This document shows positions 35,276 to 44,931 of a stretch of 64,000 nucleotides of DNA, one piece after another (the first letter of the stretch is position 1; every line of letters begins with the position of its first letter). The notes beneath the pieces are model-generated. The model had not been told where the DNA came from. It made no database searches and saw nothing but the letters and a program-made list of their open reading frames with translations. The translations under genes were made by a program, and so were the position numbers. The stretch lies in the NCBI GenBank assembly GCA_017561145.1, contig JAFZDO010000041.1, positions 72,576-136,575 of the forward strand, read 5' to 3'. The DNA comes from Clostridia bacterium. Lineage in GTDB: Bacteria; Bacillota; Clostridia; Oscillospirales; CAG-382.

Positions 35276-36559
35276 ATGCGCGTCAACGAACTTATAACTG
35301 CAATAAACAACGGCGATTACGACAACGTGATCAAAAAGCTTTACCCCAACAAGGATATTATCAACAGAAGAGAACGCTTAATAAAGCTTGCAAACGATTT
35401 TTCCGAGCTTTACGGCGATATGGACGTAACTCTTTTCTCGGTCCCCGGCAGAACCGAGCTTTCGGGTAACCATACCGACCACAACAACGGCAGAGTTCTT
35501 GCCGCAAGCGTAGATATCGATATCATTGCCATCGCATCAAAGGTCGAAGGTAGCACCGTCCGCATTAAATCGGTAGGCTACCGCGAGGATGCCGTTGACA
35601 TAAAAGATCCCTCTCCCGAAAACGTTCGCAAGGGTAGCTCCTCGGCGATAATTTCGGGCATTGCCGATTATTTCAACAAGCACGGATACGTATCGGGCGG
35701 ATTTTACGCCTATACCACAAGCGACGTTATGACCGGCTCGGGACTTTCGTCCTCCGCCGCTTTCGAAGTTATGTGCGCGCGCATCTTCTCGGAATTTTAC
35801 AATGACGGCAAAATCCCCGCAATGGAGCTTGCAAAGGCAGGCAAATATGCAGAAAACGAATTTTTCGGAAAGCCCTGCGGACTTATGGACCAAGCCGCTT
35901 GCGCTTCCGGTGGTTGCTTGTGGATGGATTTTGAAAACAATACCGACCCCAAAACCGAAAAGATCGATTTTGATCTTTCCAAATACGGTTATTCGCTTTG
36001 CATCGTAAATACGGGCGGCAACCACGCCGACCTTACCGAGGATTACGCGGCAGTGCCTTCCGAAATGCGTTCTATCGCGGCGCTTATGGGTAAAACCGTT
36101 TTGCGTTGCTGTGATGAAGAAGATTTTATGGGAAGAATTTCCTATCTCCGCACGCTCGTCGGCGACCGCGCAATTATGCGCGCAATGCACTATTTTGCCG
36201 AAAACAAGCGTGTTGACGCTCAAAGGGATGCACTCTCCAACGGCAGGATCGACGAATATCTTAACCTCGTTACCGCATCCGGTAATTCCTCGTTCAAATT
36301 CCTTCAAAACGTATTTACCACTCACAACGTAAGTGAGCAGGGCATCTCGCTCGCACTTGCTATTACCGAGCGCTTCGGTGCGGTTTGCCGTGTGCACGGC
36401 GGCGGCTTTGCAGGCACGGTTCAGGCATACATCCCCACCGAAAAGGTAGCAGACTACAAAAATACCGTTGAAGCGGTATTCGGCGAAAACGCTTGTAACG
36501 TTTATACCATCCGTCCTTACGGCGCGGCTGTGGTTACTAAGGAAGATATTATAGGTTAA
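35276..36559 (+). CDS. galK: Galactokinase (GHMP kinase)
   Basis: PGRTELSGNHTDHNNGRVLA (galactokinase signature) and GSGLSSSAAFEV (GHMP ATP motif). Confidence 0.85.
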   Translation: MRVNELITAINNGDYDNVIKKLYPNKDIINRRERLIKLANDFSELYGDMDVTLFSVPGRTELSGNHTDHNNGRVLAASVDIDIIAIASKVEGSTVRIKSVGYREDAVDIKDPSPENVRKGSSSAIISGIADYFNKHGYVSGGFYAYTTSDVMTGSGLSSSAAFEVMCARIFSEFYNDGKIPAMELAKAGKYAENEFFGKPCGLMDQAACASGGCLWMDFENNTDPKTEKIDFDLSKYGYSLCIVNTGGNHADLTEDYAAVPSEMRSIAALMGKTVLRCCDEEDFMGRISYLRTLVGDRAIMRAMHYFAENKRVDAQRDALSNGRIDEYLNLVTASGNSSFKFLQNVFTTHNVSEQGISLALAITERFGAVCRVHGGGFAGTVQAYIPTEKVADYKNTVEAVFGENACNVYTIRPYGAAVVTKEDIIG

Positions 36560-37350
36560 TGGAAAAAGCTAAGGTTTATATGCTCTTTTCCTCGTCAAAG
36601 GGAAATTGCGCATACATAAAATACGGCAGGGACGAAATACTTATCGATTGCGGTGCATCGGCAAGAGCGATCGACTGCGCACTCAAATCGCTGGGAACAA
36701 GCCTTTGCAATATAAACGCCGTGTTCATCACGCATGAGCACAGCGACCATATCCGCGGACTTAATGCGATATCGAAGCATATAAACGCAAAATTCTATGC
36801 ACCCGAGGGATGCTTAGATTATATTTCGACCTATATGCATAACGCGAAAAGGCCGTTTGCGCTTGTGTCAAACACGCCGATAAAGCTTTATGACCTTGCT
36901 GTCTGTCCGATCCCCACGCCGCACGATGCAAGAGGAAGCGTCGGCTTCCGCATCCTTGCAGGAGAAGAACGGATAGGCTATTTCACCGATATCGGACATC
37001 TTTCCGAGGGTCTTTTACGCGGACTTTCAGGCTGTGAAAGAGTCGTTATCGAGTCGAATCACGATATTGAAATGTTAAAAAACGGAAGCTATCCTTATTC
37101 CTTAAAGCAAAGAATACTCGGCGCGACAGGCCACCTTTCGAATGAAATGTGCGCCAAGCTCCTTCCCCATCTTGCACACCACGGAAGCAGATCGTTTATG
37201 CTCGCCCATCTTAGCGAGGAAAACAACACTCCAGAAATCGCATTTGACGAATGCCTATGCTCCTTAAAGGAAGCAGGCTTTTCGGTTTGCGAGGATGGCG
37301 GAATCAACCTTGCCGTCGCACCGGTTTGCGGTGTTGCCGAGCTTGTATAA
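36559..37350 (+). CDS. MBL-fold metallo-hydrolase
   Basis: ITHEHSDHIRGL (HxHxDH motif). TAATG overlap with galK. Confidence 0.8.
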   Translation: MEKAKVYMLFSSSKGNCAYIKYGRDEILIDCGASARAIDCALKSLGTSLCNINAVFITHEHSDHIRGLNAISKHINAKFYAPEGCLDYISTYMHNAKRPFALVSNTPIKLYDLAVCPIPTPHDARGSVGFRILAGEERIGYFTDIGHLSEGLLRGLSGCERVVIESNHDIEMLKNGSYPYSLKQRILGATGHLSNEMCAKLLPHLAHHGSRSFMLAHLSEENNTPEIAFDECLCSLKEAGFSVCEDGGINLAVAPVCGVAELV

Positions 37351-37356
37351 AAAACA

Positions 37357-37391
37357 AAAGACAGAGAATACAAAATTCTCTGTCTTTTTTG
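37357..37391. terminator. Bidirectional terminator
   Basis: aaagacagagaat-acaaa-attctctgtcttt 13-bp stem flanked by A and T runs. Confidence 0.9.
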
Positions 37392-37400
37392 TTATCGAAC

Positions 37401-37895
37401 TTAAAGCACCGCGGAAATATAGATCAACGCCAGCGCAAAATTAACAAGCATCACGGCGACGAACATTCCCAACGAAACGGCAATCTTTGCTGCGATATTT
37501 TTCATCGGCTTGATGATAAAAAGTGCTGCCGCCGCACCCAAGCCCGCAACGACACCGCCAAGCGCACCGCCGACCACCGGGAAGATCATGCAAAGAGCTT
37601 CACTGACCGACCAAACGAGATAAATCGCTACCCATGCAAACGATAAAACATAATCATACCACTTTGCAGGCTCGGTCATACGGAATTTATCGCCGTTAAC
37701 GTCAATGATCGCGCCCGAAAGAAAGCTTCCCGCGATAAGCGCGGTAACCTGTTCGCCGTTGATTTCGCCCACAAAGGTCTTTTTGTTTACCTTTTTAAGC
37801 TGAACACCGCCGACGGTTACGGTCTTTTTGCCGGTCCAATAGCTTTCGTCATAAACGATCTCACCGTATTTTTGAGTTTGAATTACAGATCTCAT
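37401..37895 (-). CDS. Hypothetical membrane protein
   Basis: 164 aa. Soluble N-terminal ~75 aa, then three Gly/Ala-rich TM helices. No family recognised. Confidence 0.55.
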   Translation of the reverse strand: MRSVIQTQKYGEIVYDESYWTGKKTVTVGGVQLKKVNKKTFVGEINGEQVTALIAGSFLSGAIIDVNGDKFRMTEPAKWYDYVLSFAWVAIYLVWSVSEALCMIFPVVGGALGGVVAGLGAAAALFIIKPMKNIAAKIAVSLGMFVAVMLVNFALALIYISAVL

Positions 37896-37970
37896 AGCAT
37901 TTCTCCTTTAGCTTGATATCTTGATTGTAACATACGAAAGCGCCTATGTCAACAGCAACTGTCGAAAACG

Positions 37971-38513
37971 TTAGCCGTTCTTTCGGTCGTGTCTTATCAT
38001 ACCGATAACGATTGAAAACATCGCCAGAATTTCGCAGATAATTCCGCCCAACGCAAAGTTAAACACGTTGTATATCAACCACGAAGGACTGCTTATCAAG
38101 CCCATTTGGCGCATGGTTTTGGGGGTGTTGAGATAAAAGGCGATACCCGTTGAAAACATACCGATAAGCGGCAAAAATTCGATAATAAAGTTAAACAGCG
38201 TCGGCTCCTTGTCGAATACCAAGAAGGAAAGCGCGTACGCCAAAATATAAAACACGCCGAACACGAAAAACCAAACGAGCTTATCTGCGCGGAAGGTCTT
38301 GCGGTTTGTGTATACGAATGCACGGCAAGCGCCGATAAGGTTCAAAAATCCGCCCGCAACCGCGCCTATCATAAACATATTCACGGCAAAAAGCACGTTG
38401 CCGCAAAGCTGCATTATAATAATATTCTTTTGACTTTTCTGCTGAAATGAAAGTATGATCATCGCCATTGCGACAATCCCTATCGACTGTGCAATAATAT
38501 CGTAAGCTTCCAT
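37971..38513 (-). CDS. YgjV-like inner membrane protein
   Basis: Five to six TM helices; resembles the YgjV family. Start set at the ATG after GAGGTG (the ORF-track start is an upstream TTG). Confidence 0.55.
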   Translation of the reverse strand: MEAYDIIAQSIGIVAMAMIILSFQQKSQKNIIIMQLCGNVLFAVNMFMIGAVAGGFLNLIGACRAFVYTNRKTFRADKLVWFFVFGVFYILAYALSFLVFDKEPTLFNFIIEFLPLIGMFSTGIAFYLNTPKTMRQMGLISSPSWLIYNVFNFALGGIICEILAMFSIVIGMIRHDRKNG

Positions 38514-38631
38514 AGCCACCTCGAAAAACAACTTGCCTTAACGCCTTGATTAAAGGACAATTCATAATATCACATTTAAAAACGAATTGCAATACGCGAT
38601 ATTTTGTGATACAATAAATCGAGGTGATATT

Positions 38632-39834
38632 ATGAGCTATGAAAAGCTGTCTTCGACGGTTGAAAACCAAATAATCGCCGACCGAGAAAGCGGAAAGGCA
38701 TCGCCTTATGCCTTCTCTGCCGAAAACGCGTTTCGCCGCGACAACGGACACGATGCGCAATCGGTTTTAAGAAGCGCCTTTATCCGCGACACCGAAAAGA
38801 TACTTCATTGTCCCTATTATAACCGCTATGCCGACAAGACTCAGGTATTTTCCTTTTATAAAAACGACGATATAACAAGGCGCGCTCTTCACGTTCAGCT
38901 TGTTTCGCGCGTTGCCAGAACGATCGGACGTGCGCTTGATTTAGAGCTTGACCTTATCGAGGCGATATCGCTCGGACACGATATCGGTCATACCCCCTTC
39001 GGTCACGCGGGCGAAACCTATCTTGACGAGCTTTTCAGCGAGCACGCAGGCAGACGCTTCTCGCACAATATCCATTCGGTGCGCGTGCTTGACGAAATTT
39101 TCCCGTTAAACCTCACCCTTCAAACGCTTAACGGCATCGCCGCACACAACGGCGAGGAGGAGCTGACGAAATATATCCCTCAACCGATAAAAAGCTTTGA
39201 CGAATTTGATTCGCAAATTGAAAAATGCTATATCGACCGCAGTAATGCGCGACATATCCAACCCGACACGCTTGAAGCGTGTGTAATGCGCATTTCGGAT
39301 ATCATCGCATATCTCGGCAAGGACAGGCAGGATGCCGAACGCGCCGATATCGAGCTTGCCGACGGGTTTGAAGAAAGCGTTATCGGAACTAAAAACGCCG
39401 AAATGATCAACAACCTTACCGTAAATATCGTTGAGCACAGCTATGGCAAGCCGTTTATCGAAATGGACGAAGCGCATTTTAACGCACTTAAGCAGGCAAA
39501 GGACGCCAATTACGCGCGCATCTACAAAAATGATCTGGTAAGAGCGTTTTTCGACGATACCGTAAAACCGATGATGGGCGATATTTACGAAAAAATGCTT
39601 TCCGACCTTATAAATAACAAAACCGATTCGCCGATATTCAGGCACCATATTGATTTTCTGGAAAAGCCCTATTTCCGCAGAGCTACACCCTATTCCGAAA
39701 CCGAGCCGAACCAGGTAGTCGTCGACTATATCGCAAGCATGACCGACGATTATTTAATAGACCTGCACGCTTATCTTTTCCCCGACAGCAAGCTGAAGAT
39801 AGAATATAAGGGCTATTTCAACAAGGAGTTTTAA
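38632..39834 (+). CDS. HD-domain dNTP triphosphohydrolase-like protein (dGTPase family)
   Basis: RRALHVQLV...SLGHDIGHTPFGHAGE is the dGTPase-type HD motif. Start at the ATG after GAGGTG (ORF-track TTG start rejected). Confidence 0.8.
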   Translation: MSYEKLSSTVENQIIADRESGKASPYAFSAENAFRRDNGHDAQSVLRSAFIRDTEKILHCPYYNRYADKTQVFSFYKNDDITRRALHVQLVSRVARTIGRALDLELDLIEAISLGHDIGHTPFGHAGETYLDELFSEHAGRRFSHNIHSVRVLDEIFPLNLTLQTLNGIAAHNGEEELTKYIPQPIKSFDEFDSQIEKCYIDRSNARHIQPDTLEACVMRISDIIAYLGKDRQDAERADIELADGFEESVIGTKNAEMINNLTVNIVEHSYGKPFIEMDEAHFNALKQAKDANYARIYKNDLVRAFFDDTVKPMMGDIYEKMLSDLINNKTDSPIFRHHIDFLEKPYFRRATPYSETEPNQVVVDYIASMTDDYLIDLHAYLFPDSKLKIEYKGYFNKEF

Positions 39835-39836
39835 AT

Positions 39837-40463
39837 ATGAAAAGATTCGTCCTGCTCGGCGGCGCGCCGATTGAGGATTATGAAAGCATAAAAAAGCATT
39901 TAAGAGATGACGATTATTTTGCCGTTTGCGATTGCGGATTAAGGCATTGCGAAGCGCTTGATATCACGCCCGACCTTATAATCGGCGATTTCGATTCGTA
40001 TGCTTTGCCGAATACCGAAAAAGAATTGATCGTTCTTCCGCGCGAAAAGGACGATACCGATACCTTTTTTGCCGCAAAAGAGGGCGTTAAGCGCGGATTT
40101 GATGAATTTTTGCTTCTCGGCGTAATCGGCGGACGGCTCGACCACAGCATCGGCAATATTTCGATACTTTTATATCTCGAATCATTGGGCTTGACGGCAA
40201 AAGCGGTTGACGATTATTCTGTTATCGAAATCGTTTCGCACAACGTTGCTTATATCGAAAGCAAATATAAATTCTTCTCGCTTTTAAATATCACCGGCGT
40301 GGCAAAAGGAATCACGATCAGAAACGCAAAATTCCCGCTTGAAAACGGCGAGATAAATTGCGAATATCAATACGGCGTTAGCAACGAAACGATAAACAAC
40401 TCCCCTGCTGAGGCTTCGGTCAAGGAAGGAAAATTATTGCTTATCAAGGTCATAAAAGATTAA
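39837..40463 (+). CDS. thiN: Thiamine diphosphokinase
   Basis: 208 aa. IIGDFDS and GGRLDH motifs and a C-terminal thiamine-binding beta domain pattern. Confidence 0.8.
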   Translation: MKRFVLLGGAPIEDYESIKKHLRDDDYFAVCDCGLRHCEALDITPDLIIGDFDSYALPNTEKELIVLPREKDDTDTFFAAKEGVKRGFDEFLLLGVIGGRLDHSIGNISILLYLESLGLTAKAVDDYSVIEIVSHNVAYIESKYKFFSLLNITGVAKGITIRNAKFPLENGEINCEYQYGVSNETINNSPAEASVKEGKLLLIKVIKD

Positions 40464-40491
40464 AAAGAGAGGAAAATTCCCTCTCTTTTTT
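40462..40491. terminator. Bidirectional terminator
   Basis: agagagg-aaaattc-cctctct stem flanked by A5 and T6. Confidence 0.8.
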
Positions 40492-40493
40492 CG

Positions 40494-41075
40494 TTATTCT
40501 TCTGTCGTTTCTTCGATGTCATCAAGCTCGTAAAATTTGGTGTTATATACGGCGATGGGTTTATTGGGCTTATCGTCGTATACCAAAACGTAGCAAGCGT
40601 CACCCTCTGAATTTAAATATGTTTCCTCCAAGGAAATTACAACGCGACCGCAACGGTAAAGATACATCGCGTGCTCGTAATAACCGCTCCAACCATGCAT
40701 TCTGCGTCTATAAACGTATTTATCGTCAGTAACGACTCGCTCAATAGTATCGGTTATCAACGAATACGAGCCACCGACGGTTTGCTTCATCTTGATGTAT
40801 TCCAAAACAATTAATATCACGCATACGATTACCGGAAGCGAACCAAAAACGTATATGATAACCATATCCGTGCTCTTCTCAAAATCAAATATTTCGGTTA
40901 TTCCGATGCCGAAAAGTATGCCGATACCGCTCGAAACGATCATTACAACGAAATAAAACACAAAATTCCATTTGTGCACCGCAATAAGCGCTTTGTGTGT
41001 TGCTTTCGGTCTTATCTTCTTTTTTCCCTCTTCCTTTTCGCCATCTTCAAGGTTCGGGCTTTTATAATTTGCCAT
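40494..41075 (-). CDS. Hypothetical two-TM membrane protein downstream of the HTH-TPR regulator
   Basis: Start set at the ATG after GAGGTG (MANYKSP). Lys-rich N-terminus, two TM helices, ~95-aa C-terminal domain. Begins 46 nt after the regulator stop (19 nt if the upstream ORF-track start 41102 is used). Confidence 0.55.
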   Translation of the reverse strand: MANYKSPNLEDGEKEEGKKKIRPKATHKALIAVHKWNFVFYFVVMIVSSGIGILFGIGITEIFDFEKSTDMVIIYVFGSLPVIVCVILIVLEYIKMKQTVGGSYSLITDTIERVVTDDKYVYRRRMHGWSGYYEHAMYLYRCGRVVISLEETYLNSEGDACYVLVYDDKPNKPIAVYNTKFYELDDIEETTEE

Positions 41076-41121
41076 ATTCACACCTCTGCTTTCCGAGGTC
41101 ATTATAACAAAGTTTTACACA

Positions 41122-41937
41122 TTAGTCAACAACATTTTGCTTTTCGACCATTCTTGCGATCTGGCGCTCGAAGAACATAACGTAATTTTCATAAAAATAG
41201 TTGCAATCGTTGGTCGAATTTCCGATTATCGCAATAAGCTTCAAAGCCTTTTCGACTTCTTCGATTGCCGAATCGATCTCGCCGTTTTTCTCATAGCATT
41301 CGGCAAGGTGCCACATCATTTGTATAAGGTTTTCAAACGAGACCCATTTTTGCTTTTCGGCGGCATCGAATTTTTCCTCGCCGTCGAATATATATGCTAT
41401 CTCGGTCAATCTTGTGAAATATATTTCGGGGATCTGATCGATCGCCATTTTTGCGCTTTTCATATCGCCCTTTGCCTTATATGCGTAAGCCATAAAACGC
41501 AACGCATCGTAAATAATACTGTGGTCGGTCGCCTTGTCGATAAGCTTTGTAGCAACCGCAATGGTTTCGTCGGGGTTGCCCGTGCAATCTATAACGTAAA
41601 GCAGATTGTTAAGAAGGATATCGTTTTCGGGATACTTTTTCAAGCCCGTTTCCAAAATTCTTCGGCTTTCCTCGGGGTCGCTTTGGCGGTATTTATAAGC
41701 CTCGTCGGCAATCGCCTCGACGTCGGATTCGATCTGCTTTAAATTAAAATCAAAAAGCTCGTCCATCGAAACCGAAAAATAAGCCGCAAGCTTCGGTGCA
41801 AGTGCAATATCGGGCAGAGCGATACCGTTTTCCCATTTGGAAACCGCTTGGAACGATATACCGATGCTTGCCGCAAGCTGTTCCTGAGTGATTCCACGCG
41901 CTTTTCTTAATTCCTTTATTTTACTTCCTATATTCAT
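41122..41937 (-). CDS. XRE-family HTH transcriptional regulator with TPR-like C-terminal domain
   Basis: IKELRKARGITQEQLAASIGISFQAVSKWENG HTH_XRE motif, then a helical-repeat region (AYAYKAKGDMKSAKMA). Confidence 0.8.
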   Translation of the reverse strand: MNIGSKIKELRKARGITQEQLAASIGISFQAVSKWENGIALPDIALAPKLAAYFSVSMDELFDFNLKQIESDVEAIADEAYKYRQSDPEESRRILETGLKKYPENDILLNNLLYVIDCTGNPDETIAVATKLIDKATDHSIIYDALRFMAYAYKAKGDMKSAKMAIDQIPEIYFTRLTEIAYIFDGEEKFDAAEKQKWVSFENLIQMMWHLAECYEKNGEIDSAIEEVEKALKLIAIIGNSTNDCNYFYENYVMFFERQIARMVEKQNVVD

Positions 41938-42044
41938 AAAACCTCCCTAAACGTACAGAGTTTTTACAGTATAGCATATATTTTTTCCTTCTGCAATAAC
42001 TTCGCAAGCGATATATTTCGCTCCTCGGTTGAAGTAAAAAAGGT

Positions 42045-42078
42045 TTTCCTTGACAACAAGGAAATCAAATATTAAAAT
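42045..42078 (+). promoter_or_regulatory. Promoter of the serine-hydrolase operon with an 8-bp inverted repeat over the -35
   Basis: TTTCCTTG-ACAA-CAAGGAAA (42045-42064) contains TTGACA (42050-42055); 17-nt spacer; TAAAAT (42073-42078). Confidence 0.65.
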
Positions 42079-42109
42079 ATAAGCAAGTATTATTTGGAGG
42101 CGTTCGCAT

Positions 42110-43015
42110 ATGGAAGCAAAGGTAAAGGCATTGATAGAAGCGATAAACAACGACAACCCCGGTGTTGAATCGGTAGCGCTTTGGAAGGACGGCGAAATGA
42201 AGCTGATTCAACGCTATGTGCCCAAGCGCTCGCGCCTTATTTATTCCCACACGAAAAGCTTTGTGTCCACCGCGGTCGGTATTGCGGTCGACGAGGGCAT
42301 TTTGTCGCTCGACACCAAGCTTTTGGACGTTTTCCCCGAATATATTGATAAGATTACCGACGAAAGGGTTAAGGAGATCGAGCTTAGGCACCTTTTAACG
42401 ATGAGCTCGGGATTCGGAAATGCGTTTCTTATGAGCTCCAACCGCCGCCGTGACGAGGGTTATCCCGATTACGTCGGTTATATGCTGCAAAAGGAAATGA
42501 AATATAACCCCGGCGAAAGGTTTGTTTATTCAAACGCCGATACTCATCTTTGCGGCTGTATGGTTCAGCGCGCAAGCGGCACTACGCTTTTGAAATATAC
42601 TCACGACAAGCTTTTTTCAAAGCTCGATATGGGCTTCCCTGCTTGGGAGACCGACCCCGACGGCGTTGCTTTCGGCGGAAGCGGTCTTTATCTCGATATA
42701 ACAGAAATGATGAAGCTTGGTATACTTTATCTTAACAAGGGCATTTTTAACGGCGAACGAGTTGTATCAAGCGAATGGGTCGAGCTTGCCTCGAGCAATC
42801 AAATACCCACCGGTCACGAAACGCTTTGGCACGGTCAATACGGATTTCAATTTTGGTTGGTAGGACAGAAAAAGGGCGCGTTCAGAGCCGACGGTATGTA
42901 CGGTCAGTTTTCCATCGTTCTGCCCGAGGACAACGCGGTTATCGCAACACAGTGCTGTGAAGAAAACGACGTCGGCAAATTTGTCGATATGATCATCGAA
43001 TACACAATGAAGTAG
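42110..43015 (+). CDS. Serine hydrolase, beta-lactamase/class C-like family (no signal peptide)
   Basis: SHTKSF (SxxK) and YSN (YxN) motifs in the correct order; 301 aa. Confidence 0.8.
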   Translation: MEAKVKALIEAINNDNPGVESVALWKDGEMKLIQRYVPKRSRLIYSHTKSFVSTAVGIAVDEGILSLDTKLLDVFPEYIDKITDERVKEIELRHLLTMSSGFGNAFLMSSNRRRDEGYPDYVGYMLQKEMKYNPGERFVYSNADTHLCGCMVQRASGTTLLKYTHDKLFSKLDMGFPAWETDPDGVAFGGSGLYLDITEMMKLGILYLNKGIFNGERVVSSEWVELASSNQIPTGHETLWHGQYGFQFWLVGQKKGAFRADGMYGQFSIVLPEDNAVIATQCCEENDVGKFVDMIIEYTMK

Positions 43016-43023
43016 GTTTTCAT

Positions 43024-44889
43024 ATGAAGCTTCTTATTATTACAAAAAAAGAAAACGACCTTTCTTTAATACTTTCCTCTTCCTGCGAAGCAAAAATTCT
43101 TGCGCCCGAAAAGGCAGAATACGAGGATATTTTATCGTTTGACGCTATGGCGATACTTGGCGGAACAGACAACAAGCCTATGATGCTTAACCCCTATCTT
43201 CGCAGTAAAGCCGAAGGCTTTGCAAAAAGCGGCAAGCCGATTTTTCTTGAATTCGTTCCTTCGTTTTCCTGTATATATTCCGCACAACCGACAAAAATCA
43301 CGTCGCACCGATTGGTTTCGGTTTGCGATTTATCAGATGAGATCAAATGCGGCGATTTGCTTGACAGTCGTCACAACGATTATATCCGTCCGCATTTTCT
43401 TATGCCCGACACAAAGGCGTTGATGTATTATCATCAATACACCCCCGCGCACGATAAATTGAACAAAGAAGGCGGCGAGCTTGTATCGAACGATATCGCG
43501 CTTTTCTCCTATGGCAACGTTCTGTTTTGCTCCTTCCGTATGTGCGATTATCTAAAAGCCGCGTTTGCGCCTGTTTCGCGTTGGAATTCGTTGGTCGAAT
43601 ATATTTGCGAATTTTTGGGTATCGAAAAGCCGAAGGAATTCGCAAAGCCCTCTTATACCGCAAAGGGCAAGCTAAACGGAGATTTCTTCGAAGAATTGAA
43701 AAAATGCACGGACAACAGTCTTGCGCTTTTAAAGAATTACCTTGTCACCCCCGACGGAAAATACGGCATCCGCGAGGGCTTGAGCCATAACATTCTCCCC
43801 GACGGAACAAGACTCGGCGCAGATTATGTCCGCACCGACTGCACGGGCGAGGCGGCAGGAGCATTTTTCTTCTCGTTTGACGATAAATTAAAGCAGATTG
43901 CCGAAAATATGTATTCGCTTTGCTACGGACCGCTTACAGTTCACGACGGCGAATACGACGGAATGGTTCGTTGGACCGAGGAAGCATGGGAGGTTTGTTA
44001 TCAGGACGACGTTGCCCGTGCGATAATCCCCTCGTTGTTGTTTGACTATTTCGGCATTTCGGACAAATACAGAAGCAACGCTCATAACGCGCTTAAATTC
44101 CTTTGCGAAACGACCTGCAAGGACGGACTACGCCCTGCACGAACCGACGTTTTGGAATTTATGAAAAGCGGCAAGCCGATACGCTCGCTTACCGAAGAGG
44201 AAAGCGGACTTGCAAGCGCACACTACAACGCATATTACAGTGCCGCACTTCTTTTGGGTTATATTACAAACGGCAACGAGGAATTTAAAGCCGTTGGCGT
44301 TCGCGGTTTGGAAACGCTTATGTCGCTTTATCCCGACACGGTGCGCGAGCATAGCGAAACAAGCGAGCTTTGCCGTCTTATCCTTCCTCTTGCGATACTT
44401 TTTAAAGCAACGGGCGAGGAAAAGCACAAGGAAATGCTTTACCGCGTGTTTAACGATCTTCAAAATTACAAGCACGCAAGCGGCGGATTTGCCGAATGGG
44501 ATACGGGATACAAGGCTTCTTGCTTTAACAACGCGGGCGGAGAATGCTCGCTTCTTGCACAAAACGGCGATAACGTTGCCGATCTGCTTTATTCATTGAA
44601 CTGGCTACCGTTGGGCTTTGCACTCGCTTGGCAGATTACGGGCGACGGTATATTCTATACCGCTTGGCAAGAGATTTGCGAATTCTTTATAAAAGCGCAG
44701 CTTGTTAGCGAAAACGAGCTTGTAAACGGCGGTTGGTGTCGAGGAATCGACCTCGATCGACTTGAATATTGCGGCATTCCGCACGACGTGGGCTGGGGTC
44801 CTTGCTGTATCGAAACCGGTTGGACGGTTTCCGAAATTACAATGGGTATGCTCGTCGGCAAAGCGCTTGCGGAAGGCAAAATTAAGTAA
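43024..44889 (+). CDS. Hypothetical 621-aa cytoplasmic protein
   Basis: Starts 8 nt after the hydrolase stop; long uninterrupted ORF with protein-like composition. The helix-rich C-terminal two thirds suggest an alpha/alpha toroid, but I recognise no family. Confidence 0.65.
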   Translation: MKLLIITKKENDLSLILSSSCEAKILAPEKAEYEDILSFDAMAILGGTDNKPMMLNPYLRSKAEGFAKSGKPIFLEFVPSFSCIYSAQPTKITSHRLVSVCDLSDEIKCGDLLDSRHNDYIRPHFLMPDTKALMYYHQYTPAHDKLNKEGGELVSNDIALFSYGNVLFCSFRMCDYLKAAFAPVSRWNSLVEYICEFLGIEKPKEFAKPSYTAKGKLNGDFFEELKKCTDNSLALLKNYLVTPDGKYGIREGLSHNILPDGTRLGADYVRTDCTGEAAGAFFFSFDDKLKQIAENMYSLCYGPLTVHDGEYDGMVRWTEEAWEVCYQDDVARAIIPSLLFDYFGISDKYRSNAHNALKFLCETTCKDGLRPARTDVLEFMKSGKPIRSLTEEESGLASAHYNAYYSAALLLGYITNGNEEFKAVGVRGLETLMSLYPDTVREHSETSELCRLILPLAILFKATGEEKHKEMLYRVFNDLQNYKHASGGFAEWDTGYKASCFNNAGGECSLLAQNGDNVADLLYSLNWLPLGFALAWQITGDGIFYTAWQEICEFFIKAQLVSENELVNGGWCRGIDLDRLEYCGIPHDVGWGPCCIETGWTVSEITMGMLVGKALAEGKIK

Positions 44890-44928
44890 AAAAAGAACGG
44901 AAGACTTTAAAAAGCCTTCCGTTTTTTG
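44890..44928. terminator. Bidirectional terminator
   Basis: aacggaag-12 nt-cttccgtt stem flanked by A7 and T6. Confidence 0.75.
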
Positions 44929-44931
44929 CGT

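Noticed and set aside
38632-39834. dGTPase-family HD protein considered as a possible dNTP-depleting anti-phage defence gene.
   Set aside because: It sits in a housekeeping context, followed 2 nt later by thiamine diphosphokinase. There are no neighbouring defence, mobile or toxin genes. Sequence alone cannot distinguish it from the common housekeeping dGTPase-like paralogue.
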